In this document: piece after piece, positions 50,803-62,447 of the stretch
How positions within the stretch are numbered: position 1 is the first letter of the stretch
Layout: each line of letters starts with the position of its first letter
Assembly (NCBI RefSeq): GCF_963921235.1
Contig: NC_086097.1
Span: 129,396,001 to 129,460,000 of the forward strand
Direction: 5' to 3'
Source: Mobula hypostoma
Taxonomy: Eukaryota
Length of the DNA stretch: 64,000 nt
The notes under the pieces: model-generated
The model's input: the letters and a program-made list of their open reading frames with translations, nothing else
Databases searched by the model: none
What the model was told of the DNA's origin: nothing
Position numbers and translations under genes: made by a program

Positions 50803-51001
50803 CCCACACAAACTGCTGGAGGCATTCAGAAGGCCAGGCAGCATCTATGGAAAAGAGTACAGTCAACATTTCGGGCCGAGACCTCTGCCGAAATTTCAAC
50901 TGTACTCTTTTCAATAAATGTTGCCTGGCCTGCTGAGTTCCTCCAGCATTTTGTGTGTGTTGCTTGGATTTCCAGCATCTGCAGATTTTCTCTTGCTTGT
51001 G
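50803..51001 (+). mobile_element. Palindromic Penelope pLTR element with TSD, inside a CR1 fragment
   Basis: Arms ~50804-50875 and ~50888-50958 are reverse-complementary; TSD attagtcaagat (50791-50802)/attagtcaggat (51002-51013). Confidence 0.87.
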
Positions 51002-51052
51002 ATTAGTCAGGATGTTATGTTTCAATTTTACAAAACTGTATGTCAGCCGCAT

Positions 51053-51658
51053 TTCAAAGTTCAAAAGATCAAAGTAAGTTTATTATCAACTTACATTTAT
51101 GCCTCCATATACAACCTTGCGATTCATTTTCTTGCGGGCATACTCAATAAATCAAGTAACCATAATAGAATCAATGAAAGACCACATCAACAGGGAGGGC
51201 AACCAGTATGCAAAAGGCAATAAACTGCAAATACAAAAAGAAATAATAAAAATAATAATTATTACTATTACTATTATTAAATAGTGTCCTCATAATTTAT
51301 CTAAAAATAACAAATAAATATAGGGAAAATGAGATGAAGAGTCCTTGAAAGTGAGACCATAGGTTGTTGGAATGTTTCAGTGGTGGGTCAAGTGAAGTTC
51401 AAAGGTTCAAAGGTTCAAAGGAGGAGAGCCCCAAAGAATGAATGACAGTTAAATGTAAGAACCCCAAAGTCCCTCCAGCACCCCTCCCTCCCATGTGTAA
51501 GCGGCAGCAAGCAACGATACCCCCTCCCCCCACAAGCAAAAAAAAAAGCATCAGCACCCACCATCGAGCACTCAAGCGTGAGCCAAGTAATAGCAAAGAC
51601 ACAAACTTTCAGTTACCCCAAAGACTTTGCATTTTACCTAGCATTCAACATACCACAG

Positions 51659-51690
<32 letters not shown>

Positions 51691-53240
51691 ATAAGTGAAA
51701 AGAAGGTGTCTCCATTTTCTCCCCAGTGAGCAGGGAAAGATAACAAACAACTCGCTGGTTTACAATGTTAGAAGTCCGTTATGTTGCTTTTTCCGAGCTC
51801 TGTTCCGAAGGATCTCAAAGGGCCCGGGTCTTTGGGCACACAGCAGAAGATTTTCCCACTCCCCAATGACACATGGATCTCCTGCCGTGACACCGACCCT
51901 CGATCCGCTCACCTCCAGAGCCCCGAGATTTTAGGTTTCCAACTCTGAGCCAGATTCTCAGGCCGAACCCTTGGCGTGCCGAACAACAGCCAGTCCTGAA
52001 ACCCTGAGAACGGGGTCCCATTCCCGCAAAGAGCCGAAGTCAGCGTATAACTCCAAGTCAGGGTTTTCAAAAGAACCCTGAAAGGGAAAAAAAAAGATGG
52101 ACATAGAGCTGTTTCCTAAGATGCAAGCAAAGTAGTCGCCGTTTAGCGCCATCTTGACTTCGCTCCGCCTCTCCTCTGAGTGATGTTGAGTGACGCTATC
52201 CCTTTTGGTTCAAGAGCTTGGTGGTTGAGGAGTAATAACTGTTCCTGAACCTGGTGGTGTGAGTCTTTAGGCTTCTGTACCTTCTTCCTAATGGCAGCAG
52301 CGAGAAGAGAGTGTGAATGCTGTTTTTTTGTGACAATGCTCCATGTAGATGTGTTCGGTGGTGGACTGAGGGCTGCATCGACTACTTATTGCAGGATTTT
52401 GGTGTTGTTGTAAGACATTGGGCACCCAGTCAATACTCTCCACCACACGTCATAGAAATCTGTCAACTGTTAGATATCATGCTGAATCTTCGCAAATTCC
52501 TAAGGAAGAAGAGGTGCTGCTGTGCTTTCTTTGTAATTACGCTTATGTGCTGGGCCCAGGACTGGTCTTCTGAAATAATAACACTGAGGAATTTAAAGTT
52601 GCTGACCCTCTCCATCTCTGATCCCTGATGAGGACTGGCTCATGCGCCTCTGGTTTCCGCTCCCTGAAGACAATAATCAGCTCCTTGGTCTTGCTGACAT
52701 TGAGTGAGAGGTTATTGTTGTGGCACCACTCAGCCAGATTTTTAATCCCTTTCCTAGATGCCAATTCGTCACCACCTGTAATTCGGCCCACAAAGTGGTG
52801 TTGTCAGCAAACTTGAATATGGCATAGGAGCCGTGCTTAGCCTCACAGTCATAAGTGTAAAGCGAGCAGAACAGAGGGCTGAGCACACTGCCTTCCTTGT
52901 GGTGCACCTGTACTGATGGAGATCATGGAGGAGATGTTGTTGACAATCCAAACCGACCTGGGTCTACAAATGACGAAATCAAGGAACCAAATACACACAG
53001 AGGTATTGTGGCCAAGGTCTTGAAGCTTACTGATTAGTTTGAGGGGAGGATGCTATTGAATGCCAAGGTGTAGTCAATAATAAGTATGCATCTTTACTGT
53101 CCAGATGTCCCAGGATTGAGTGAGGAGCCAAAGAAATGGCGGTAGGCACACTGGAGCTGATCCAAGTCGCTTCTCAGGCTGGAGTTGACACGTTTCATCA
53201 CCAACCTCTCAAAAACTTCATCACTGCAGATGCAAGTGTT
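51053..53240 (-). mobile_element. Rex1/Babar RT fragment (pieces ~51053-51399 and ~52179-53240)
   Basis: FERLVMKRVNSSLRSDLDQLQCAY; SVLSPLFCSLYTYDC..FKFADNT; WCHNNNLSLNVSKTKELI; (tttgaac)n tail. Confidence 0.88.
51400..52178 (-). mobile_element. Non-coding, non-autonomous LINE-derived retroposon (Rex1-type tail)
   Basis: (tttgaacc)n tail; 5' aagatggcg (52147-52155); TSD agtgaagtt (51391-51399)/agtgatgtt (52179-52187); internal (ag)n. Confidence 0.7.
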
Positions 53241-53436
53241 ACTGGACTTATTTGGAGCACAGTGTGCATTTCTAGCCACCACTCTATAGGAAGGATGTTA
53301 TTGTGCAAGAGGGAAAGCAGCAAAGTTTAGCCAGAATATTGCCTGCATTGGAAGACCTAGTTATGGGGAGAGAATGGGTAGGCTGTGCTTGTTTTCCCTG
53401 GAGTGAAGGAGACTATGTAGAAACACTTTTTCCTTT

Positions 53437-54410
53437 GCTCCTATTCAACCCTACACCTCCTCCCTCACTCTTTTGTTATTATACTTCATACTTCGTTGTC
53501 GCCAAACAATTGATACTAGAGCATACAATCATCACAGCGATATTTGATTCTGCTCTTCATGCTCCCTGGAGTACAAATCGATAGTAAATATTAAAAATTT
53601 AAATTATAAATCATAAATAGAAAATAGAAAAGGGAAAGTAAGGTAGTGCAAAAATACCGAGAGGCAGGTCCGGGCCAGATCCGGGTCAGGATCCGTTCAG
53701 TAGTCTTATCACAGTTGGAAAGAAGCTGTTCCCAAATCTGGCCGTATGAGTCTTCAAGCTCCTGAGCCTTCTCCCGGAGGGAAGAGGGACGAAAAGTGTG
53801 TTGGCTGGGTGGGTCGTGTCCTTGATTATCCCGGCAGCACTGCTCCGACAGCGTGCGGTGTAAAGTGAATCCAAGGATGGAAGATTCCAGCCCTATACCT
53901 CCTCCCTCACTCCTATTCCAGACCTGCCCTGAATCCTCCTCCCTCACTCCTATTCCAGACCTCCACCTACTCCCTCACTCCTATTCCAGACCTGCCTCAA
54001 TACCTCCTCCCTCAATCCTATTCCAGACCTCCACCTCCTCCCTCACTCCTATTCCAGACCTCTACCTCCTCTCTCACTCCTATTCCAGACCTCTACCTCC
54101 TCCCTCACTCCTATTCCAGACCTCCACCTCCTCCCTCACTTCTATTCCAGACCTTCCCCTACACCTCCTCCCTCACTCCTATTCCAGACCTTCCCCTACA
54201 CCTCCTCCCTCACTCCTATTCTAGACCTTCCCCTACACCTCCTCCCTCACTCCTATTCCGCCCTACACTTCCTCCCTTATTCCTACCCAGGCCTAGACCT
54301 CCTCCTTCACTCCTATTCAGGTACTTACCCTTGCAAATGGAACGTGCCATACCATTAGAGCATAAGACCATACCTGCTCTTACAACTCCTCTCTCACTCC
54401 TATTCAGGAT
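53437..54410. repeat. Minisatellite, ~29-34-bp unit (cctacacctcctccctcactcctattccaga), split by a Rex1 insertion
   Basis: About 14 tandem copies at ~53888-54320 plus partial copies at ~53437-53470 and ~54380-54410. Confidence 0.9.
53475..53887 (-). mobile_element. Young Rex1/Babar 3' fragment
   Basis: DSLYTARCRSSAAGIIKDTTHPANTLFVPLPSGRRLRS; near-identical to 19085-19505. Confidence 0.9.
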
Positions 54411-55245
54411 GTCCCTCCTGGTAATTATCCATGCAAGAAGAACAAATGCCACAGCTGCCCCTGCACCTCCTCCCTCACTACAATTCAGGACCCCAAACAG
54501 TCCTTCCCGGTGAGGCGACACTTCACCTGTGAGTCTGTTGGGGTCATGTACTGTATCTGGTGCTCCCGGTGTGGCCTCCTGTATATCGGTGACTCCCAGT
54601 GTAGATCGGGAGACCGCTTCGCCAAGCACCTATGCTCCAACCGCCAGAAAAAGCGGGATTCTACTTCCCACTCCTATGCCACCATGTCAGTCCATGACCT
54701 CCTCTACGGCAGTGATGAGGCCACACTCAGGCCGGAGGAACAAAACCTTATATTCTGTCTGGGTAGCCTCCAACCTGGTGGTATGAACATTGATTTCTCG
54801 AACTTCCGGTAATTGCCTTCCCCCCCCCCCCCACCCTTCACCATTTCCATTCCCATTTCCCTCTTTCACCTTATTTCCTCATGTGCCCATCACCTCCCCT
54901 CAGGAGATACTCCCCCTTCCTTTTCTTCCATGGTCTTCTACCCTCTCCAATCAGATTCATCCTTCTCCAGCTATTTAGCTCTTTCACCTATCAACTTCCT
55001 AGCTCTTTACTTCACATCTCCCCCCCCCCTCCCGGTTTCACCTATCACCTACTACCTTATGTTACTCCCTTCCCTCGTGCCACCTACTTGCTGTAACTTC
55101 TCGTCCTTTGTTCCAGTCCTGAAGAAGGATTCTGGCCCAAAACATCAGCTGTTTACTCTTTTCCATAGATGCTGCCTGGTCTGCTGAGCTCCTACAGCAT
55201 TTTGTGTGTGTTTCCTGGATTCCCAGCATCTAGAGATTTTCTCAT
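54410..55245 (+). mobile_element. Penelope-like element (Neptune-type) 3' fragment with GIY-YIG and pLTR
   Basis: YPCKKNKCHSC; HFTCESVGVMYCIWCSRCGLLYIGD..GDRF..H..EEQ..LQPGGMNID; CTGAAGA box at 55119-55125. Confidence 0.92.
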
Positions 55246-55789
55246 CTTAGAACTTTATAATATTATAAAGAGAGTTGAGATCTGTTTTCCATGGTAGGCA
55301 TGTCAAAAACAAGATGTCATAGGTTTATAGTAAGAGGAAGAAGTTTTAGGGGGGAGCTAAGGAGAGTTTTTTTTTACATACACAGCAGTCAATAGCTGAA
55401 ATTCACTGCTGGAGGTGGAATCAGCTATAATGACTGGATTCTGCCCAATGCTTTGATGCCAACTTTAAATGAAAAAGATTGATATGATAAGTAAGTGTAG
55501 TGAATCTCAGGTAATTTTCTGCATCTTAGTAATTGCTTAAGAAACAAATAAACATCAATTTCATGTCTATATTAACAGGCTTATTGGTGAAAGGATAAAA
55601 ACCTTTCACATTCTGTTTCCCTAAATGTACAAAACTATTGAACTCTCCAATCCAGACTTTCTGGTGTTTCAAGCAAGTGGAATTCCTTGCTTTTATCACC
55701 TCCGAAAGTATGGTTGAATTTATCCCGGACTGCATGGATCCAAGTTAAAACAAAACTAGACATCCACATATTTAATTCCTTACAGCTGA

Positions 55790-55920
55790 CGATATAAACA
55801 TTAGCAATAATTTATATTTTTGTAACACCTTTAAAGTGGTAGGTCTATCCCAGAACCATCACAGGAGTAAAATTAAGCAAATATTTGGAATGAAGCCAGA
55901 TCAAGAGATATTGGGATAAT
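55790..55920 (-). mobile_element. Ancient L2-like LINE 3' end remnant (similar piece at ~63885-64000)
   Basis: tttatatttttgtaacacctttaaagtggtag..cacaggagt..gagatattggg; recalled pattern. Confidence 0.45.
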
Positions 55921-55928
55921 GAGAAGTA

Positions 55929-56950
55929 TTTTTTTTCAAAAATGGACTTCATTCATAAAAAAATATTTACACAAAGCAAGAAGCTGTGACAAAGAAACAC
56001 ACTGGTGTTTATTCCATTCAGCAATGTAAACTTTTAAAGAAAATTACACAAACACAGCACCATAGCCAGTCCAGTGACTCTCTGAGGTGATGCCACTTTC
56101 ATTGCCTGAGCCACTAAGCTAACAGTTCCACCCTTTGTATGCGATAGAAGAAGGACACTAGACTGGGTTCTTCCCCACAGAGCCTTGGCATTGGTGCACC
56201 AAGTGTCAATGCATCCCTCATCACCTACTCTTGCAGCTTTCCCTTACAGACGTTATGTAGAGCTGGAAGACCAACAAGTTTCAGGCAGATAAAAGGATAT
56301 CCTTCACTGAGTTGATGACCTTCCAGCAGCACTTGATGTCTGTCTTGGTGCCTACCCCTAAGAACAACCCATAGATCAGAAGGTCCTCCGTTACGCAATT
56401 GCTGAGATGAATTAGGACATTGACCCTTGTATCCTTCTCTACATCTCATAACAAATCCACAGTCTGGAAAGAGATGGACGCATACACTGGGCTGATATGT
56501 CATCTGTATGTGAACAACCTGAGAGGGAAGGACCTCCTCACCAGCAGCCAAGTGAGGTCTTGGTGCTGCAGCGCTTGATTGGAAGGGACCTTTCACCACC
56601 AGCCAAGTGAGGTTGATATGTTTTTTGGACAGACCTCAGATGAGACATTCTGCCAAATAGTTTGGACTGTTTGCTCAGGGAACCAATCCATAGAATCCAG
56701 AGTCACTTTTTACAGATGGAAAGCAGCCAGAAGATAACATCCTTGAGTTTCAGGAGATCACGACCCTTACAGTGTTCAACACACCCCAGCTCTGGGAGTG
56801 GCACAGAGACCATTGGTTTCGAGCTTTGGGAGACGAGGAGCAGCACAACATCCACTTTTCTTCCATCTCTCTCGTGCCCCAATCCTTAAAACATTTGCTA
56901 TTTTTCATTTTCCTTTCATCGAGCTCTTGCAAACTTCTATCAAATCCACG
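55929..56950 (-). mobile_element. Tx1-like L1-clade retrotransposon 3' fragment
   Basis: Poly(T) at ~55929; minus-strand GWFPEQTVQTIWQNVSS, LTWLVVK, HLFPDCGF, GLFLGVGTKTDIKCCWKVINSVKD (zf-RVT region). Confidence 0.8.
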
Positions 56951-57899
56951 CTCAACATTTTTTTTCCAAGAAGAATTATTTATAGAGGCTCATGTGGACC
57001 ATAAGCACCATTCTCATTCTTCTGGATCTAAATGCTGAGTATACCTGCTGTGAAATAACAGCTGTTTCCTCAATACTCGTTTCCCAGAAGTTTATGGAAT
57101 TGAAAGGCTGTGTCATTTTAAGCATTATTTTATAAAATTACATGGAATACATTGGAACGTATATTCAATGTGTGCCTGGATATTTATCTTAAGTTTTCAA
57201 GGGCAGAAGAGTTCATCTTTAATCACAGAGCTAAATACTCAGTGGGTATCTGCCCCAAATTACACACATCTCCCTCACTGTCCTTTTTATTAATATGAAT
57301 AGAAAAATAAAGTTGGGGCTGTCATCTTTGCACATCCAACCAACGACATATTTCTCCCCCACCTTATCTCAGCGAGTAATCACCTGGAACTTGGAAAAGT
57401 TTTGCAATTACCTGAGAAGCTGCTTTATTTGTTTCCTTCCTCCCCCCACCCCCCACCACCACTTTCTAAATGACTTTTCTAACATGAGATGGTAAATGAT
57501 AATTATAGTCAAGGTAATCACATGCTGAGAGAGCACCTTGTCCTTGCAGTGTTTATATCATCGCCAAGGATCTGCCTTTAGGCTTCAACTTGTTAATAAT
57601 TTAAGGTGTGCTCTGCGTACTTTTATCGAGAAACCTAGTTATTGAGTTTGTAAACCTGATGATGATTTATGGCAACACCTTTACATGAGTCATGCACATT
57701 AAATTCGACAACAGGGAACAGTCCCAAGCAAGAGGTACAGTATCCCTTTCCTTATGGAGGGCAGAAAATGTTAGGTATTTATAAAGTTTATCTGATCACA
57801 TAGGTCAACTGCTGTGCTTCTCAGAATAGTGGATTCAGAATCAGAAAAGAAATATGTCCGTTTAAATGTTACTGTTAAATCATGCTTCCACTACCCATT

Positions 57900-58175
57900 T
57901 AGGCAGCTAATTCCAGACCACAACTCACTGTCAATATCAGTAATAATGACTGTGAAAATAACAGATTGTCCTACCCACCCGTGTGGTTCACTAATGTCCT
58001 TTAGGGAAGAAAATCTGCTGCCCTTCCCTGGTCTGGCCATTGTACAACTGCAGCCCCACAAAGATGTTGTTAACTCTACAGTTCCCTCTGAACTGGCCCA
58101 ACAAAGCACTTATTCCAACGGTAATAGGGATGCATCTTAGCAAAGCACACACTTCATATGAATGAACAATTTTTA
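57900..58175 (+). mobile_element. SINE with Meta-domain-like central region
   Basis: tggttcactaatgtcctttagggaagaaaatctgctgcccttccctggtctggcc; tail atgaatgaacaattttt; domain name recalled, not searched. Confidence 0.55.
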
Positions 58176-58609
58176 AGAGGATTTCATAAAGTTCTCTCTG
58201 GTATTCCTCCCAATTTTGCCTTTGAATATAGTTTTAAACTGTTTTAATTGTTATTAAAGGAATCAGAGAAATACCTAGCTTCACTGTACTTTCTCTCTAA
58301 CTGAAACACTGTTTTCTTTTTTTACTACCTTGGCATCCTTATGTATGTGTGTATTATTGTTACGTTTGGAATGATGTGGATATAGCAAACTATAGCTTTT
58401 CACTGTATCCCAATACATGTGAGAATATAATTAATGCTCAAAAAGTATAGTGTTAAGTTAGTCTCCGATTTGAGGAGCTACCTTGCTTTGATGCTCTGCT
58501 GTGATATTTAATGAATCCAAAAGAGAATAAAATTAATAATTTACTAAAGACAGCCAAGGGCAGGAAAGGAGGTTGCACTGTAGTTCCACATCCTTAAATC
58601 AAATGACAT

Positions 58610-58972
58610 ATATCCCCTCCTTCCTTCTATTCTCTTTTTCCATCCCCATTCTGATTACCCTCTCACTCCTTCTCTTTCTTTATTGGTCCACTGTTCTCTC
58701 CTATCTGATCCCTTCTTCTTCAGCTCTTTATCTCTTCTACCTATCCCCTTCCAACTACTTACTTCATGCCCCTCCTCTATCTGCCCACCATCCCCCTCAC
58801 CTGGTCTCACCTACCACCTGCCAGTTTCTACTCCTTCCCTTCCCCCATCTTCTTATTCTAGCTCTTGCCCCTTTCCTTTCCTCACCTGATGAAGGACCTC
58901 TGCCTGAAACTTTGACAGTTTATTTCCCTCCATAGATGCTGCCTGACTTGCTGAGTTTCTCCAGCATTTTGA
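58610..58972 (+). mobile_element. Penelope 3'UTR + pLTR with hammerhead motif
   Basis: Pyrimidine-rich UTR homologous to 17750-18030; CTGATGA-agg..cct-GAAAC at 58886-58910. Confidence 0.85.
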
Positions 58973-61294
58973 GGAATGAGTTAATGATATATTGGGCAGA
59001 GTCCTCAGCTGTCTGCAGCTTCTTATGTTCCTGCATTGTCGTGTCAAGAGTCATGAATCTGGGGGGAGCAGGATAGGGAAAAGGAAGTCAATGGAAAGAT
59101 ATAATTCCGAGAAATTAGCAAATCATAATTTACGAATTAGCAGTTCATTTCCTTGTAGATAAATGCAGCCCTGCTGATCTCAAAGGAATGAGGCTTTATG
59201 GAGAAGGGTGTGGATGCATGAAATTAAGGTGGATCATTCTGAACTGTTACCAATAGCAACGCATCTCTATGGTGTTACCCAAAGTGGTGGCAAACTGAAA
59301 CTCTATATTTGTTTCCTTAATCCTGTTTTTCAATGTTTAAGTTTTGCTATTTTCACTATTATTGAAAAGATTCCTGCAGATTTTATTGAATACTGCCAAT
59401 AACCTGACAGTTGAAAGCCAGAAATTCTCTCCAAAGAAATCGAAGAATGAATTACCTTTCAGCATTTTGGAAGTTCCAAAGGGCTAGCTAATAGTGTTAG
59501 CAACAGTAATATACTTAGGCTCATGTGAGCTCTACCATCCATCTTTCAGGCCTTTCAATCACAGTTTTATGTATTTTCAGAAACGTGTAAAGCCAATCAT
59601 TTTTGTACAGTTCTTGGCAACTGCTTAAACAACTTTGCTTAAATAATTGAGTACAAACAAGTACTAGCTCATAAAGGTAAAATGGGACAAACATTGGTTC
59701 ATGAAAGCCACACCACTTCTTTAATTGTGTATTGCAACTAATTGTTAAAAAGATGGTTTCCTCTGCGTTTATTGAGTACGCCGTTTCACAAAGTGCCTGG
59801 AGGCGAGAGATGATTTCTTTGCCGTGGATGCAATCAGCTCTGACCAATCAGTAATGAGGGTTAATCAGCTGATCGATTGGTCCCTGAACAGTTTGGTGCT
59901 GGCTCCTCTCTGACTGGCTCTAGCCTGGCCTGAGGGCAAGGGTTGGGAACTTTTAATTATCAGCAGCTACTCCACTGATTGAATGGTCAATGGTTTTACT
60001 ACTCAGGCATCACATCTTGAATAATAATAGAAAACAAAGCAAGCTCAGAACAGTGCAAACAGTGGGCTAGCACGATACTTGGGATGGGTGTGCCAGTAGA
60101 TAAGGAGAAATCTAATTTCAAGAAAATTAGAGAATTTGAGGATTTTCTGAAAAAAAACTGATCCGGAAAATTGTTCAATAGTTTTATTTGAAGGAGGAGG
60201 AATTTTTTTTAAATGAAACCATTCATCAAAAGCAGACCGTCTTGTTGTAAGATCATTACAGTATGATTTCACACACATTTAGATATACGAACCCTACACA
60301 TCAATGCATGCCAGCTTCATTACTATTTATATTTCCATACACTGGCATTGTGCAGTCAATTCATAATTGTCCAGTTTTTCTAATTAATCACAAAAGATTT
60401 TTGTTTTGCCTGGGGTGACTCATGATGGCAAGCCATAGCTCATACATCAAACACAGGCCGCATTTTGCTAGCTCCTTCTGCTGGGGAATGTCGCTCTGTT
60501 TCTAACTACCACGGACGTATTCACTGGGCATGTGCAGCCTGGAGCAAAGGAGAGAAGCATTGCGATCTGTCCTCGGCCTTGTGACATGTTATTTTTATCA
60601 GATGATGCTTTCTGGGGCCTTAATAACTCCAGATATGTGGGCTCAATTTCATTAATTGACAAAAAAGGCCTAACTCTTCCCAAACTCTCCAACGGCCAAG
60701 TGTTCAGAGATCCTACACAATTTCTGTGCACTTTCAGCACCCATCAAGTCATTTTTACTGAGGGATGGGGGAAAATGATCTCATAAATATTCAGTTATCA
60801 ACTGTCACCGCTTAGCAAAGGTCGCAGAACTCGAAAAAGAGGAAGCGATGTTTGAAAGCAAATGACCCAATGGAAGTTTATAAAAAGGTCTCAGATTCCC
60901 TCAACTGAGGATGAAATATTTGCTGTGCATTCTGATGCTGGTCACTATAGCTGGAACTTACTATATAGAGATGTTGGGTTAGCATCAGGTCCTCTCTACG
61001 CTGAGTTATCTGCTGAAGAACAATGTATGGACTTGCACTCACTGAGCCAAGGTACCAAGGTAATCCAAAGGTAACCATTGCTTACAGAATGGAAAGGAGA
61101 CTGTGATCTATAAACCAAAGAGGAATAGCAATCATGGAAAAGGGAACAAAGAAAAGAAGAAGCAGTACTGAAAAACACTTCAATACCTCCTTGGCACAAA
61201 GCAAGGAAGAACCCCAAAGAAGCCTTTCAGGTTAGGCGGTCCATTAAAAGTCTCAAAACTCCCTTTAAGAGAAGTTATTTTGTTGGAAAGATTA

Positions 61295-61380
61295 CAGGAA
61301 TTTCTTTCACCGCCTCAAGACATCCTTAAGTGCTTTATAGCCAATGAAGTACTTTTGAAGTGTTATCATGGCTGTGAAGG
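61295..61380 (-). mobile_element. Deu-domain SINE 3' remnant
   Basis: ctttcaccgcctcaagacatccttaagtgctttatagccaatgaagtacttttgaagtgt. Confidence 0.55.
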
Positions 61381-62004
61381 CAAGCAAGGGTATTAGAGTT
61401 ATGGACCAAGACAGATAGAGTTAGGATACAGATTGAGACATGAGTTAATTGAAAGGTTGAAACAGGGCTTGAGGGACTGCAAGTCTTGAGCCTATGACTC
61501 AGGTACTTCCATAAAATGCTTGAGCCAGAGAGACGATAAGGGACCCAAATACAATCTCCATCTGTATAAAATTAACGTTGCATAAGGATGTCATGAAACA
61601 CCAATATCAGTCCCTAGGTAGTAATTTCAGCCATTGCTTTGTGATATTCTCTGCGAGGGGAAAGGTTATTGAGGAAAGGAACAGGGAAAGAGTCATTTTC
61701 CATGAAACTATACTCAGGAATGAATCTGCATGTTTGAAGGATGAGGACAAATATCAAAATAAAAATGAACCATCACCATCACCACATTGAATACCAAGCA
61801 GATTATATCATGCCCAAAATGCACAAAACTGTGAACTATTCAAAAAACTTCAACTTTTTTTTAAAGCTGATCTTTTACATTTCAATAAATTGTCACAATA
61901 TTGTTTCAAGATTGCTTCTCCTCTGGCAAAGTTTGAACTGATATGATCTCAGGATGTGATTATTTTCGTCCATGCTAGCTATCATTGTCCATCCATAATT
62001 ACCC

Positions 62005-62447
62005 CAGAACTAAAGAGGCAGTTAGCCTGCAGAGAGTGGTACACACTGCCCGATCCATCACAGGCTCATCACATCCTTGCATCCAGCCCATCTTCACAGT
62101 GTGTTACTTCAGGAAGGCAAGTAGTATCATCAAAGTTACCTGCATTTCCAGCCAATACATTTCCTGTCTTCAGCTTCTGGGAGAAGATATAGGATCTTCA
62201 AAGCCCAGGCATGCAGATTTAAGAAATACTATTAAACCTCTGAATCAGACTTTACATCCCTTTCCAGATGATGCTGTACATTCTCAGGCTTCTTTTGCTA
62301 CTCAGTTACTCTGGCATCGCACCATTCTGCTTCTTTGCATTTGTTGTATTTATTAATATTATTTCTGCTGTTTACTCTGTGAGTTTCACATGAACAAAGG
62401 ATTTCATTGCACACTGGTATGTTTGACAATAAATTAAATTAAACTAA
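62005..62447 (+). mobile_element. Old Rex1/Babar 3' fragment
   Basis: LQRVVHTARSITGSSHPCIQPIF..CYFRKASSIIK; tgacaataaattaaattaaact tail. Confidence 0.75.

Noticed and set aside
53888..54320. Tandem array as CRISPR, or the Pro/Ser-rich ORF 53853-54224 as a protein
   Set aside because: No unique spacers, no cas genes and a eukaryotic context; the ORF is a by-product of the minisatellite
53888..54320. CCTCCCT as a PRDM9 hotspot motif
   Set aside because: That motif is specific to a human PRDM9 allele and is not transferable to this lineage
58886..58916. Active hammerhead ribozyme
   Set aside because: Core boxes are canonical, but the GUC cleavage triplet and ACGU palindrome are mutated (gaaac-ttt) and stem I is weak
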